From: Candidatus Saccharimonadota bacterium
Lineage (GTDB): Bacteria; Pseudomonadota; Alphaproteobacteria; Rickettsiales; Anaplasmataceae
Direction: 5' to 3'
DNA length: 32,000 nt
NCBI RefSeq assembly: GCF_013365475.1
Contig: NZ_CP046579.1
Location: 360,001 to 392,000 of the forward strand
Shown here: piece by piece, positions 10,751-21,222 of the stretch
Position numbering within the stretch: the stretch's first letter is position 1
Layout of the letters: every line of letters starts with the position of its first letter
Position numbers and translations under genes: made by a program
Notes under the pieces: model-generated
Databases searched by the model: none
What the model was told of the DNA's origin: nothing
What the model saw: the letters and a program-made list of their open reading frames with translations, nothing else

Positions 10751-11254
10751 ATGTCAAATGATGAGTTAAACTGGCAAAGAAATGTTAAACCAATAAAGTC
10801 TGAGAAAGTTGCTCTAAGAGCTGACTACAAAATAAATATAAAATCTTTAGTCAATAGAGCTACATTCTGCTTACAAGAAAATCTTTTTGGTGTAGGTAAT
10901 GGTAACTTACCATTTTGTCTTGACTACAATACAAAGTCAAAAGTTGATAGAGGAAAATGTTTCATAAGCAATAAACTTGACTTGCATGGCTATAGTATGA
11001 ACGATGCTTACTATAAATTAGTGGATTTCATTATTAAGAATTACCGAGTGGGAAATAGGTGCTTGTTAATAATTACAGGACATGGCAATACAGTAGGAAA
11101 AGCAGATATCATAAAAAATAGTTTGAGTAACTGGTTGAATGATATTAAAATTCAGCACGTAGTTCTATACTATCAACAGGCTATAAAAAAACATGGTGGT
11201 AAAGGGGCTTTTTATGTTTTATTAAGAAGAAACAAGAATATTAGGGTCTCTTAG
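10751..11254 (+). CDS. Smr (small MutS-related) domain protein
   Basis: C-terminal LDLHGYSMNDAYYKLVDFI...CLLIITGHG...GKGAFYVLLRR is a typical Smr domain. Start placed at ATG 10751 (MSNDELNW). The ORF-track start at 10598 overlaps the rlmB 5' end on the other strand. Confidence 0.8.
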   Translation: MSNDELNWQRNVKPIKSEKVALRADYKINIKSLVNRATFCLQENLFGVGNGNLPFCLDYNTKSKVDRGKCFISNKLDLHGYSMNDAYYKLVDFIIKNYRVGNRCLLIITGHGNTVGKADIIKNSLSNWLNDIKIQHVVLYYQQAIKKHGGKGAFYVLLRRNKNIRVS

Positions 11255-11560
11255 ACTTGCTTTTATAACTAAAATTCTAGTTTGACTAGTAAAAATATAT
11301 TCTTGCTAGTGCAAGTTTTAATAGGTTATCAGCTTTCAATTAAGATTTAGTAATTATAGTATAATTCCTTTCCGATGTGGCTGGCTTTTAGCTATAAATA
11401 TTTTTAGGATTTTTTTTAATGAGAAAATATGAAATATGTTAATACAATATAAAAAATTAAGCACTAAGAAACTTACTGCATAATTTTTTTTATTTGGTTA
11501 TATAGATCTAATATAAATTAATATCCTTAGTATTCTAATAGAAAAGCTTGTAAGTTTTAG

Positions 11561-12136
11561 TTAAGTATCTTCTTCTTTTTTTGTATAAAAATCCTTTATT
11601 TCATATATTGATAATAATTCTTGCGCGTTAGCCCTTATTAGGGTAGGACACTTTTTATCATTTAACAGCAAGTGTAATATTTTAACTGCGCCTTCAATGT
11701 CATTATTATTTATTTTTATTAAAGCAATGGCTTCTTGGCTTGAGTAAGGGTACACTATGCTTGATGCTAGATTATTAATTTTATTTTCATTTATTTGCTC
11801 GCTACTGTGGAACAAGTTCATTATTTCTAAGTATTGCGCTAATTCACTAAGGATACTAGGGACACCTTTATTATTTACCATACTATTATAAATAAACGCT
11901 GCATCTGTTGGTGCTGAATTTGAAATATGATTGAATGCATTTTCAAAGTCTGCTAAATACTTCCAGTTTGAGTCTGTTTCTTCTAATAACTTTGTTTCTT
12001 TTTTAGAGAAAAATACTTTATAAAATTTATTGCCTGCAGCTATAGATTGCTTTGTGCTATTAATGTTATTGAATAAGTATAATATGCTACTAATTAGTAC
12101 TAATATCATTGCAAGCAAAAAGATGTACTTTTTCAT
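11561..12136 (-). CDS. hypothetical membrane-anchored protein, helical/TPR-like ectodomain (family not assigned)
   Basis: 191 aa with an N-terminal hydrophobic anchor KKYIFLLAMILVLISSILYLF. The remainder looks helical. The resemblance to YfgM/TPR_21-type proteins is only an impression. Confidence 0.6.
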   Translation of the reverse strand: MKKYIFLLAMILVLISSILYLFNNINSTKQSIAAGNKFYKVFFSKKETKLLEETDSNWKYLADFENAFNHISNSAPTDAAFIYNSMVNNKGVPSILSELAQYLEIMNLFHSSEQINENKINNLASSIVYPYSSQEAIALIKINNNDIEGAVKILHLLLNDKKCPTLIRANAQELLSIYEIKDFYTKKEEDT

Positions 12137-12196
12137 AGTAATATCTTGTTTAGAAATGGGTATATATTTTTAATAGTTTTGATTTATAAAAATATG

Positions 12197-12225
12197 TTGA
12201 CACTATTATTATATCACTTGATAAT
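12197..12225 (+). promoter_or_regulatory. sigma-70-type promoter for the 16S rRNA transcription unit
   Basis: TTGACA (12197-12202), a 17-nt spacer and GATAAT (12220-12225), about 130 nt upstream of the mature 16S 5' end. This is the best consensus match I found in the window. Confidence 0.6.
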
Positions 12226-12280
12226 ATTTTTCAAGGTTGTTTGAATAGTTGAAGGTTAAAATATTTCTAAAGTAGAAATG

Positions 12281-12294
12281 AAGACAGCAGTATA
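12281..12294 (+). other. 5' half of the 16S precursor processing helix
   Basis: AAGACAGCAGTATA is the exact reverse complement of 13911-13924. It lies 62 nt upstream of the mature 16S 5' end. Confidence 0.65.
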
Positions 12295-12355
12295 AAGCTA
12301 AATTATTTTTATCGTATTTATCGATATATCTTTAATCTTTTACAGGTTAAAGTTT

Positions 12356-13860
<1,505 letters not shown>

Positions 13861-13910
13861 GGCTTTGTGTATAATTCACTTCTTTTAATGGTAGTGCTCA
13901 TTATGCACAC

Positions 13911-13924
13911 TATACTGCTGTCTT
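13911..13924 (+). other. 3' half of the 16S precursor processing helix
   Basis: TATACTGCTGTCTT is the exact reverse complement of 12281-12294. It lies 51 nt downstream of the 16S 3' end and 42 nt upstream of the sdhC ATG. Confidence 0.65.
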
Positions 13925-13965
13925 TACTTCTTCTTTTTTTGACCTTCTTATTTAGTTTTTTTGGT

Positions 13966-14361
13966 ATGAATTTTATGGGTGATAGGCCTATCTCTCCACA
14001 TTTACGAATATATAAAATACAGGTTACTAACTTTTTCTCTATTATGCATAGGCTAACTGGTATCCTGCTATTTTTTCTACTAATGACGCTTTCTTGGCAT
14101 TTCATATTGTATGTTTACTTTCCTAAGCTGTTTATAGTAAAGTATATGAATATACTATTATGTACTCCTATTGCTAAGTTATTTTACATTTTATGTTTTA
14201 TAGGTTTTTTGTATCACTTTTTCGATGGTATTCGCTACTTATTATGGGATACTGGACTTAACTTAGAAAGTACTGATGTTTTCAAAAGTGCTATGCTACT
14301 GACAGTAATGTTACTTCTCTCTACTGTAGTTTTCTTATTTATTATATATGATTCAATCTAG
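13966..14361 (+). CDS. sdhC: succinate dehydrogenase cytochrome b556 subunit
   Basis: MNFMGDRPISPHLRIYKIQVTNFFSIMHRLTG matches the SdhC N-terminus (RP.SPHL.IYK....S..HR.TG), followed by 3 TM helices. Start moved from the ORF-track GTG 13867 to ATG 13966 because the extension is T-rich, begins 7 nt after the 16S end and covers the processing stem. Confidence 0.88.
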   Translation: MNFMGDRPISPHLRIYKIQVTNFFSIMHRLTGILLFFLLMTLSWHFILYVYFPKLFIVKYMNILLCTPIAKLFYILCFIGFLYHFFDGIRYLLWDTGLNLESTDVFKSAMLLTVMLLLSTVVFLFIIYDSI

Positions 14362-14713
14362 AAATGTAATACACCGTTGGTGGCTACAGCGTGTTTCTGC
14401 AGTAATTTTGCTTCTTTTATTCCCTTGGTTTATCTATTCTGGTTTTTGTACATTTTATATAAATAGTATTTTACCTTTTAGTGAGAAATTACTTCATGCC
14501 ATTGATCATCCCCTAGAACTTTTATTTTTTATTATATTACTGTTTTGTGTTTTTTTGCATGCAGTTCTTGGAATACAAGTAGTGTGTGAAGATTATATAT
14601 ATAATGTGCCTATAAAGATTTTTGTAATGACTTTCATAAAGTACTTATCAGGTATCACTTATATAGTTCTTGCTTTTACAATTTTTTTCTTTTATAGACA
14701 TATTTTTTTATGA
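14348..14713 (+). CDS. sdhD: succinate dehydrogenase hydrophobic membrane anchor subunit
   Basis: 121 aa with HRWWLQRVSAV, LHAVLGIQVVCEDYI and three hydrophobic helices. It overlaps sdhC by 14 nt. Confidence 0.85.
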   Translation: MIQSRNVIHRWWLQRVSAVILLLLFPWFIYSGFCTFYINSILPFSEKLLHAIDHPLELLFFIILLFCVFLHAVLGIQVVCEDYIYNVPIKIFVMTFIKYLSGITYIVLAFTIFFFYRHIFL

Positions 14714-14802
14714 AATTGCAGTTCTAATTCTATATTAATATATTATTAGCGTGTTATTTTCATTATTGAGCTATAGTGCTTAAGTGACCTTAGTTTGATA
14801 AT

Positions 14803-16050
14803 ATGCTAGAAGTATTGAAGAGAGTAGGAACAAATCTTGTATTGAAGATAAAGGGCATTTTCACTTCATTTGAATCTAAAATTTACGTTAGGGACTTAAG
14901 AAGAGTAGTAGTATATAGGGATGGACGGAAGTGTAAGTACCCAGAGAACTATGATCATATTGTTAAGCTTGGTAAAATCAAAAAGAATGAGTATGGCAAT
15001 AACCTAGGTGGATATGAGCTTTGTTACGGTGGATATAAATATAATTTAATTTCTATCTTTTCAAATGAAAAAGGAGAATTCTTAAAAAGAAAGTATGCTA
15101 AAAGCTATTTTACTATTAAATTTTTAGCTGATAAGGGTAAAGTCAATAAAAATCAGCATGATGATGTTGACAATTATTGTGGATTCTATAGGCCATTTAA
15201 GTTTAAGAAACTTGATCTTGAAAAATATTTGCCAATTTTTGAGGTTGACACTAATTCACTTAAGTTAATTAACTCTTCTATACTAACTAAGAAGAAAAAA
15301 AATAAGGAAGGTAAGGTTCATAAAATAATCAATGAAAAAGGAAGAAATGGGGAATTATTGTACACTAGCAATTATAAAAAGCTAAGCAGTAGTTTTTTCG
15401 AAATCAGAGATCAAGGCAATAACCTTGAATTAGATAAGAGTCTTATATCTGTTTCTATTATTTTTGCTGCAGGATTAGTTAAAATTTGTGCTAAGTTGCT
15501 AACTTTCATTCCTATAGGATTAGGTGGGTACTTAATAAGTGTGGAAAATCTACTTGCAAAGTCTTGTGGTTACCTTTTATTCACTCCTGCAATAATAGTA
15601 AAGAATTTAGTAAATATTGGATCTACTATATTTAAAGCTCTAATTTTATTGCTTGTAGTGGATAAGGAAAAGTATGGTGATGCTTACCTAACTATGTGGA
15701 ATTGTCAATTATGTGAGTACTGTAAAGAGTTTATAAAAGACCTTAATATTATTGGCAGGGTTGGAAAAAGTGAAGAGCTAAGTGATATAGATTATGAGGA
15801 GGAGATTATAGGTACATGGAAAGAGCTTAATATTAGGAGATTATCTATTAATAAAGGCTTGGAAATTGCAATAAATGGAAGTGGTGGAAGCATAAATGAA
15901 TCTATGAAGCATAGTTTAAAGAAAGAAAAGTTGCAAAACGGAATGAATGAAAAAATATCTGAGTTTACGAATCATAGAAGCAGCAATCTTTGTATTAGGA
16001 GAGAACAAGATAGGAGTGATTTGCAGCGAGGTACTCCACCACGTACCTAG
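14803..16050 (+). CDS. hypothetical protein, 415 aa, with a central pair of long hydrophobic segments (orphan)
   Basis: Long intact ORF in an otherwise stop-dense region. The N-terminal part (about 210 aa) is Lys/Asn-rich. Hydrophobic segments are SLISVSIIFAAGLVKICAKLLTFIPIGLGGYLISV and SCGYLLFTPAIIVKNLVNIGSTIFKALILLLVV (nt about 15439-15660). The C-terminus is charged. I recognise no family motif. Confidence 0.6.
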   Translation: MLEVLKRVGTNLVLKIKGIFTSFESKIYVRDLRRVVVYRDGRKCKYPENYDHIVKLGKIKKNEYGNNLGGYELCYGGYKYNLISIFSNEKGEFLKRKYAKSYFTIKFLADKGKVNKNQHDDVDNYCGFYRPFKFKKLDLEKYLPIFEVDTNSLKLINSSILTKKKKNKEGKVHKIINEKGRNGELLYTSNYKKLSSSFFEIRDQGNNLELDKSLISVSIIFAAGLVKICAKLLTFIPIGLGGYLISVENLLAKSCGYLLFTPAIIVKNLVNIGSTIFKALILLLVVDKEKYGDAYLTMWNCQLCEYCKEFIKDLNIIGRVGKSEELSDIDYEEEIIGTWKELNIRRLSINKGLEIAINGSGGSINESMKHSLKKEKLQNGMNEKISEFTNHRSSNLCIRREQDRSDLQRGTPPRT

Positions 16051-16167
16051 TTAGTAGTATACTTTTAAGTTAACATACACTCGTTATTGATTATTTAGCT
16101 TAATATCTTAGTCCTATAATACTTATAGTGGTAGACTTTAATCCTTTACTAAGCATACTAAGCAAAG

Positions 16168-16183
16168 CCTCTTCATGAAGAGG
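16168..16183 (+). terminator. possible intrinsic terminator downstream of the orphan gene
   Basis: Perfect 16-bp palindrome CCTCTTCATGAAGAGG (6-bp stem, CATG loop) 118 nt after the stop codon, followed by the T-rich TGTTTGGGTTGATGTTTT. About one such palindrome is expected by chance in a window of this size and composition. Confidence 0.3.
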
Positions 16184-17161
16184 TGTTTGGGTTGATGTTT
16201 TATTGAAACTAGAAAGTCGCTATATGCTTCTTATGATTACTGTAGACATATATAATAAATTGTTAACATAATATAAGACTTATATGTACTGCTATAGTAT
16301 AAAATATAATTTTTAAACAAGTAGGTAGGGAATATTGACTTCCTTTAGACTATCTCATAAGTGATTTAGGTAAATTTTTATACTCCCACTCAAAAATACC
16401 GATATGGCCTTTAAAACTGATTTTGTAATTCATTTAGAGAAAGCGTCATTGATTAGTTATATAGTACCTGTATCAACGTAGTTTTCCATTTAACTGGAGA
16501 AGTGACATAGTGAATGAAGTCTTGCTGTGTATGTGAGCTGGCCTGAATTTTTTATTAGAATTTTAACATATTTATATTTAGAACAAAGATCTGCTATAGA
16601 CGAGGTCAAATTTGTTTTGTATGTTTTTATAATTTATATTATATAAGTATGAAACATTGCTTACCATGGCAGATGTTTTTTTGCTTAAGGAAGCGAGATT
16701 TTGTAAGATGTTGAGAGAACGTTTATTGATTATTTAGTTGTAGTAAGAGCGGTGGTGTTGTAATACTAAGGGTAGTTTCAGTAGATGGTAGGTCATTATT
16801 TTGGATTTATCTTTTGTTAAGTACAAGATTTAATAAAGATTTTCTCATGTAAGTTCATTAGCTGTCTTCTAATCGATTTCTATTACTTTAGAAGCAAAAT
16901 ACTATCTGATAATATAAGGAATTAGATCTGTTAATTTAGAAATAATCAGTGGATCTGCTGTAACAAAATTATGTATAAAAATGTCAGAGAGAGTCTCTAT
17001 GTAGGTCAAAATAGAGTATAAGCTTTTCATTTGAAGTAATTACATTTTAAATGTAGAGCTTTTTAAATTTATGAAAGTAAAACCTCTAGCTTCTGATTAA
17101 AGAAAAGCTTATGATGTATGATATTCTTGAAATATAATGCTTAACTCCGGAATATTTCATA

Positions 17162-18391
17162 ATGTCTATTGCCTTTGAGATTTCTATGGCTGTTCGCTAT
17201 TTGCGAGCGAGGAATGCTAAATTTTGTTCTATAATGACTTTTTTTTCTATCATTAGTATAGCTCTTGGAGTTGCCACACTAATAGTGGTAATGTCTGTAA
17301 TGAATGGATTCAGGATAAAGTTGCTTGAATCAATACTTGGCATTGATGGTCATATTAGCGTTTATTTTGATAAAGACATAAATTCAGATTACCATAAAGT
17401 ATCAGAATCCATTGAGAAGATTCCAGGTGTATTAAAAGCAATTCCTATAATCAATGATCAAGTTATTATTGCAGCAAATGGCAAGATTGCAGCTGTTATA
17501 GTGCGAAGTATGTCAGATAAGGATTTGTTTTATAATACTGCTATTACAGATAATATAATTGTGGGTAATTTGAGAAAATTTGATGAAGGGATAATAATGG
17601 GGGCTCGATTGGCAGAGGCTTTAAACATTAACTATGGCGATAAAGTTGTGCTTATATCTCCTGAAGGATTCGATACACTATTTAATGTAATACCAAAAAT
17701 GAAGGAATATGAGGTTACAGCAATATTTGATATTGGTATGTTTGAATATGACAGTACTTTAATATACATGCCAATAAAAGCAGCGCAGACTTTTCTTAAT
17801 TATAAAGATAGTATAAAAAATATAGAAGTACTTGTAGACGACATTACTAAGGCTAACAAGCTAGCAAGTGTTATAGAAAGAGAAATAGGAATGAAAGCTG
17901 AGAGTTGGCAATCACAACACAATCATTATTTTCAAGCTTTGAAAACTGAAAGAAATGTAATGTTTTTGATTCTTACTTTGATTATAATTGTAGCAGCATT
18001 CAATATTGTTTCAAATTTAATGATGATAGTGCAAGAAAAGAAATTTGCGATTGCAATTATGCGTACATTTGGTACAACAAGTGGGAGTATTATGCGCATA
18101 TTTTGTGCCTGTGGTTTATTTATTGGTTTTATAGGAACATGCCTTGGTTGTATTATTGGTATTATTTTTTCTTTTAATGTTGAGAATATTAGAGTTTTTT
18201 TAGAAAATATCACTAATACAAAGCTCTTTGATCCTGTGATATACTTTTTTTCAAATTTACCAGTGATGTTGGTTCCCCAGGATGTAGTAAGTGTTTCTGT
18301 GCTTGCATTGTTCTTATCATTTTTAGCAACAATTGTTCCTGCGTTACAGGCAGCTGCACAAGATCCTGCAGAGATACTACGCTATGAGTAA
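17162..18391 (+). CDS. lolC: lipoprotein-releasing system permease, LolC/LolE family
   Basis: 409 aa with N-terminal FEISMAVRYLRAR...SIMTFFSIISIALGVATLIVVMSVMNGF, a periplasmic MacB-like domain and a C-terminal FtsX-type 3-TM bundle ending PALQAAAQDPAEILRYE. Confidence 0.9.
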   Translation: MSIAFEISMAVRYLRARNAKFCSIMTFFSIISIALGVATLIVVMSVMNGFRIKLLESILGIDGHISVYFDKDINSDYHKVSESIEKIPGVLKAIPIINDQVIIAANGKIAAVIVRSMSDKDLFYNTAITDNIIVGNLRKFDEGIIMGARLAEALNINYGDKVVLISPEGFDTLFNVIPKMKEYEVTAIFDIGMFEYDSTLIYMPIKAAQTFLNYKDSIKNIEVLVDDITKANKLASVIEREIGMKAESWQSQHNHYFQALKTERNVMFLILTLIIIVAAFNIVSNLMMIVQEKKFAIAIMRTFGTTSGSIMRIFCACGLFIGFIGTCLGCIIGIIFSFNVENIRVFLENITNTKLFDPVIYFFSNLPVMLVPQDVVSVSVLALFLSFLATIVPALQAAAQDPAEILRYE

Positions 18392-19854
18392 AATTTAACG
18401 ATGGATTGATATTATCTAATTACATAATAAAAGTATACTGTTCAGAGCAGGAATTTTAATTCCTGTAAAAGCAAGAGCTAAAATGATTAACTAAAGTTTA
18501 TAAAAATAAAGTAGTCAAAGTGATAATTCTTGCAAAGCATAACTTTATTCATCATATCTCATGGTTTATCTTATAATTCCTGCTCTCTTTTTTGTTTGCA
18601 TATGATCAAGGTAAATGGTAAAATAATAAGATAGGTATAGAATCAGGTAGTCAAATCCCTAAGTATTAGTTTGTATTCCACTTTCCAAGTGGAGCAGTGC
18701 ACTCTACCTAGAGATTAGGTAACACGCTTTTGAAGTTAAGAGAAGCTCCAGTATGAATGGAAATAATAATGAAGAATTATAGAGACTTTAAAGCTTTTAT
18801 AAAAAGCACAAAAATTGTTTTGCAGCTTTTCAGTCTATTAATTGTTTGAGAGTAGAGTTCTATTAGACTTAGAGAAATCAAAGAATCTTCTGCAGCAATA
18901 AGGGAGGAGTATGCAATAAATCCTGCCCGACTAGGAAACTCCCATTAGTTTAAGTAATAAGATGCTAAAAAGTTACATAATCGTGAATTGTTTACTTGCT
19001 TTATCTTCAATTAAGTTTCATTAGATATGACCTTGCAACTAGTACTGACATGAAAAGGTGATTCATATTGACATATGACATCATAGCAGGACTTACAATT
19101 GCATTATAAGAATATAAACAAGTAATTTATCGCGTATTTTCAAAAGAATGGAATCAGAAGCTGTATATCACTATCATGCTGGAAAATGTATGAATTCTAA
19201 TCAAAAAAACTAAAGTAATGTGTTATTTATAATGAATGTTTAAGCTGTAATAAATTTAGTTATGTACATAATGTTCAACAACATAGGTTATTTAACTGAT
19301 AAGTTAAAGACCTTATTTTATATAGAAAACCTAGTAATGTGATAAATATTCCTTACATGCCTTTTCACATTGTGGTTATATTTTCAACTATAACATGCAC
19401 GAGCACTCCTGACCTAACTACTTCCATAGTGATCTTTTTTACTTTTTCATGTATTTATTTGCATTGCAAGCATCTTCCGATGTAGTTTTTTAGTTTTTAC
19501 TTATAGCTCACTCTCTGCTATTTCTTTTGTGAAACTATCTTATATCAAGATAGCATTTTTTAGTATCTCCTATACATTTTTTTAGACTCTCTTATTAAAA
19601 ATTTTAATTTCTTATTATAATATAAACTTGCTTTTCCTAATGCTCTCCTGTACAGGAGATATTTTAATAAATTTCCTTTATCAAGCTAAACTTGTCAAAG
19701 ATTTTTTCTTCGTGTTAGAAAAATTTAGCTAGCACTTTTTGACTAGAATATCGCTAAGCAATTCTTTAAGAATTTGTAGATTTTTCTTGATATATATCTT
19801 AAGGCATCCCTTGATTAAGGGAAAAAGTAGGAAAGTAAGATTAGATTAATTTTG

Positions 19855-21222
19855 TTAACTGCTCTTATTTAAACAATTACAATTTAGAGACCTTACTTCA
19901 TCAATATAATTGAATAGAACCTTTTTAGTAAGCTCAAAGTCCTCTAGAGAGTTCCCTTCACATCTCCCTGTAATACAATTTTGTGTATTTGATACTCTAA
20001 GAAGCCACCAGCCTTTATTATCATTGTTTGTTACCTTAATCCCGTCAAGATCAGAGAATGCAATATTTTGTTGTTCTAGTGTTTTTTTTATTAGTTCAAT
20101 TATCTGAAATTTTTTTTCTTCTTTAACTGTGATCTTTACTTCATGAGTGATATATAATTTTGGCAAGTCCTCGATCATCTGAGATAGACTTTGGTCTTTC
20201 TTAAGCATAATATCTATGGCTTTGAGGGCAGAATATACCCCATCATCAAAACCTAGCTCAGAGAAGAAAAAATGTCCGCTTAATTCACCAGCAAACTTTG
20301 CTCCTTCCTCTAGCATTTTTTTCCTAATTATCGAATGTCCAGCAGCACAAGTAATTATTTCCCCTCCTAACTTGTTGACAAAGTCATGCGCTTTCATGCT
20401 TATTTTTATGTTAGAGATGACCTTGCTTTGTGGGTGTTCTTCTAATACTTCACGTGCAAAAATCATAAACAGATAGTCATTAGAAATAACATTACCTTTG
20501 TTGTCAATTAAGCGTACCCTGTCACTATCACCGTCAAGTGCAATTCCAAGATCACATTTATCTTTTCTTACTATGTCAATTAATTGGGTGAGGTTTTTTT
20601 CATCTATTGGATCTGGGTCATGTAGTGGAAATGTTCCATCTATAGAGTCATTAATTACAATGTGAGTATGACCAAATAAAACTGTTTCAATATACCTTAA
20701 AATTCCACTTGCTGGGCTATTCCCGCAATCCCAGGCAATTTTTATCTTTTTCATAGTATTATTCTTTAACGCATTTTTCAATATTCTAATGTATTCACTA
20801 TATATATTTATGTTAATTAGGTTTCCGATTTTTGTGCTATTTTTAATTGGTTCATTTATAACCTTCCTTATTTCTTGATCTGAGTAGGTTTTTTTGTTGC
20901 TAAAAAATTTAAAGCCATTATACCTACTTGGGTTGTGTGAAGCCGTGATCATAATACCAAGGTCTGCCTGTATAATTTGTGTTGCAGCGTAGAGCATGGG
21001 TGAAGAGCATAATCCAACACGTATAACATTCGTCCCTGATATGGTTAAACCTCTGATCAGTTCTCTTTCTATGCTTGGCGAAGTTACCCTGCTGTCATAG
21101 CCTATACAAACACTAGATACTGTCTGACCAAATTTTCTACCCACTTCATACCCATCATTAATCTGCAAATCTTTGCCTACTACTCCCCTAATATCGTATT
21201 TTCTTATAATGGTGTTATCCAT
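19855..21222 (-). CDS. phosphomannomutase/phosphoglucomutase (alpha-D-phosphohexomutase, ManB/AlgC type)
   Basis: 455 aa with N-terminal RKYDIRGVVG, catalytic-serine loop ITASHNPSRYNGFKF, metal loop LDGDSDRVRLID and sugar loop GELSGH. All four look intact. Confidence 0.88.
   Translation of the reverse strand: MDNTIIRKYDIRGVVGKDLQINDGYEVGRKFGQTVSSVCIGYDSRVTSPSIERELIRGLTISGTNVIRVGLCSSPMLYAATQIIQADLGIMITASHNPSRYNGFKFFSNKKTYSDQEIRKVINEPIKNSTKIGNLININIYSEYIRILKNALKNNTMKKIKIAWDCGNSPASGILRYIETVLFGHTHIVINDSIDGTFPLHDPDPIDEKNLTQLIDIVRKDKCDLGIALDGDSDRVRLIDNKGNVISNDYLFMIFAREVLEEHPQSKVISNIKISMKAHDFVNKLGGEIITCAAGHSIIRKKMLEEGAKFAGELSGHFFFSELGFDDGVYSALKAIDIMLKKDQSLSQMIEDLPKLYITHEVKITVKEEKKFQIIELIKKTLEQQNIAFSDLDGIKVTNNDNKGWWLLRVSNTQNCITGRCEGNSLEDFELTKKVLFNYIDEVRSLNCNCLNKSS

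Noticed and set aside
13867-13965. N-terminal extension of the sdhC ORF from GTG 13867
   Set aside because: It begins 7 nt after the 16S 3' end and encodes only T-rich Leu/Phe sequence. It also covers the rRNA processing-stem half. The conserved SdhC N-terminus starts at ATG 13966.
16034-16041. CTCCACCA, resembling a tmRNA/tRNA acceptor 3' end
   Set aside because: It lies inside the 3' end of the 415-aa ORF. No T-arm (GGTTCGA-type) or acceptor-stem partner precedes it, so it is coincidental.
16084-16737. Exact 15-nt direct repeat TTATTGATTATTTAG (16084-16098 and 16723-16737) as possible ends of a mobile element
   Set aside because: My rough composition-based estimate gives several such AT-rich 15-mer coincidences per 32 kb. 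There are no flanking target-site duplications, no inverted termini and no transposase remnant. It is kept only as a note inside the tract finding.
19644-19659. Perfect 16-bp palindrome as a terminator for the minus-strand mutase gene
   Set aside because: It lies about 200 nt beyond the stop codon and is not followed by a T-run on the minus strand. About one such palindrome is expected by chance in the window.
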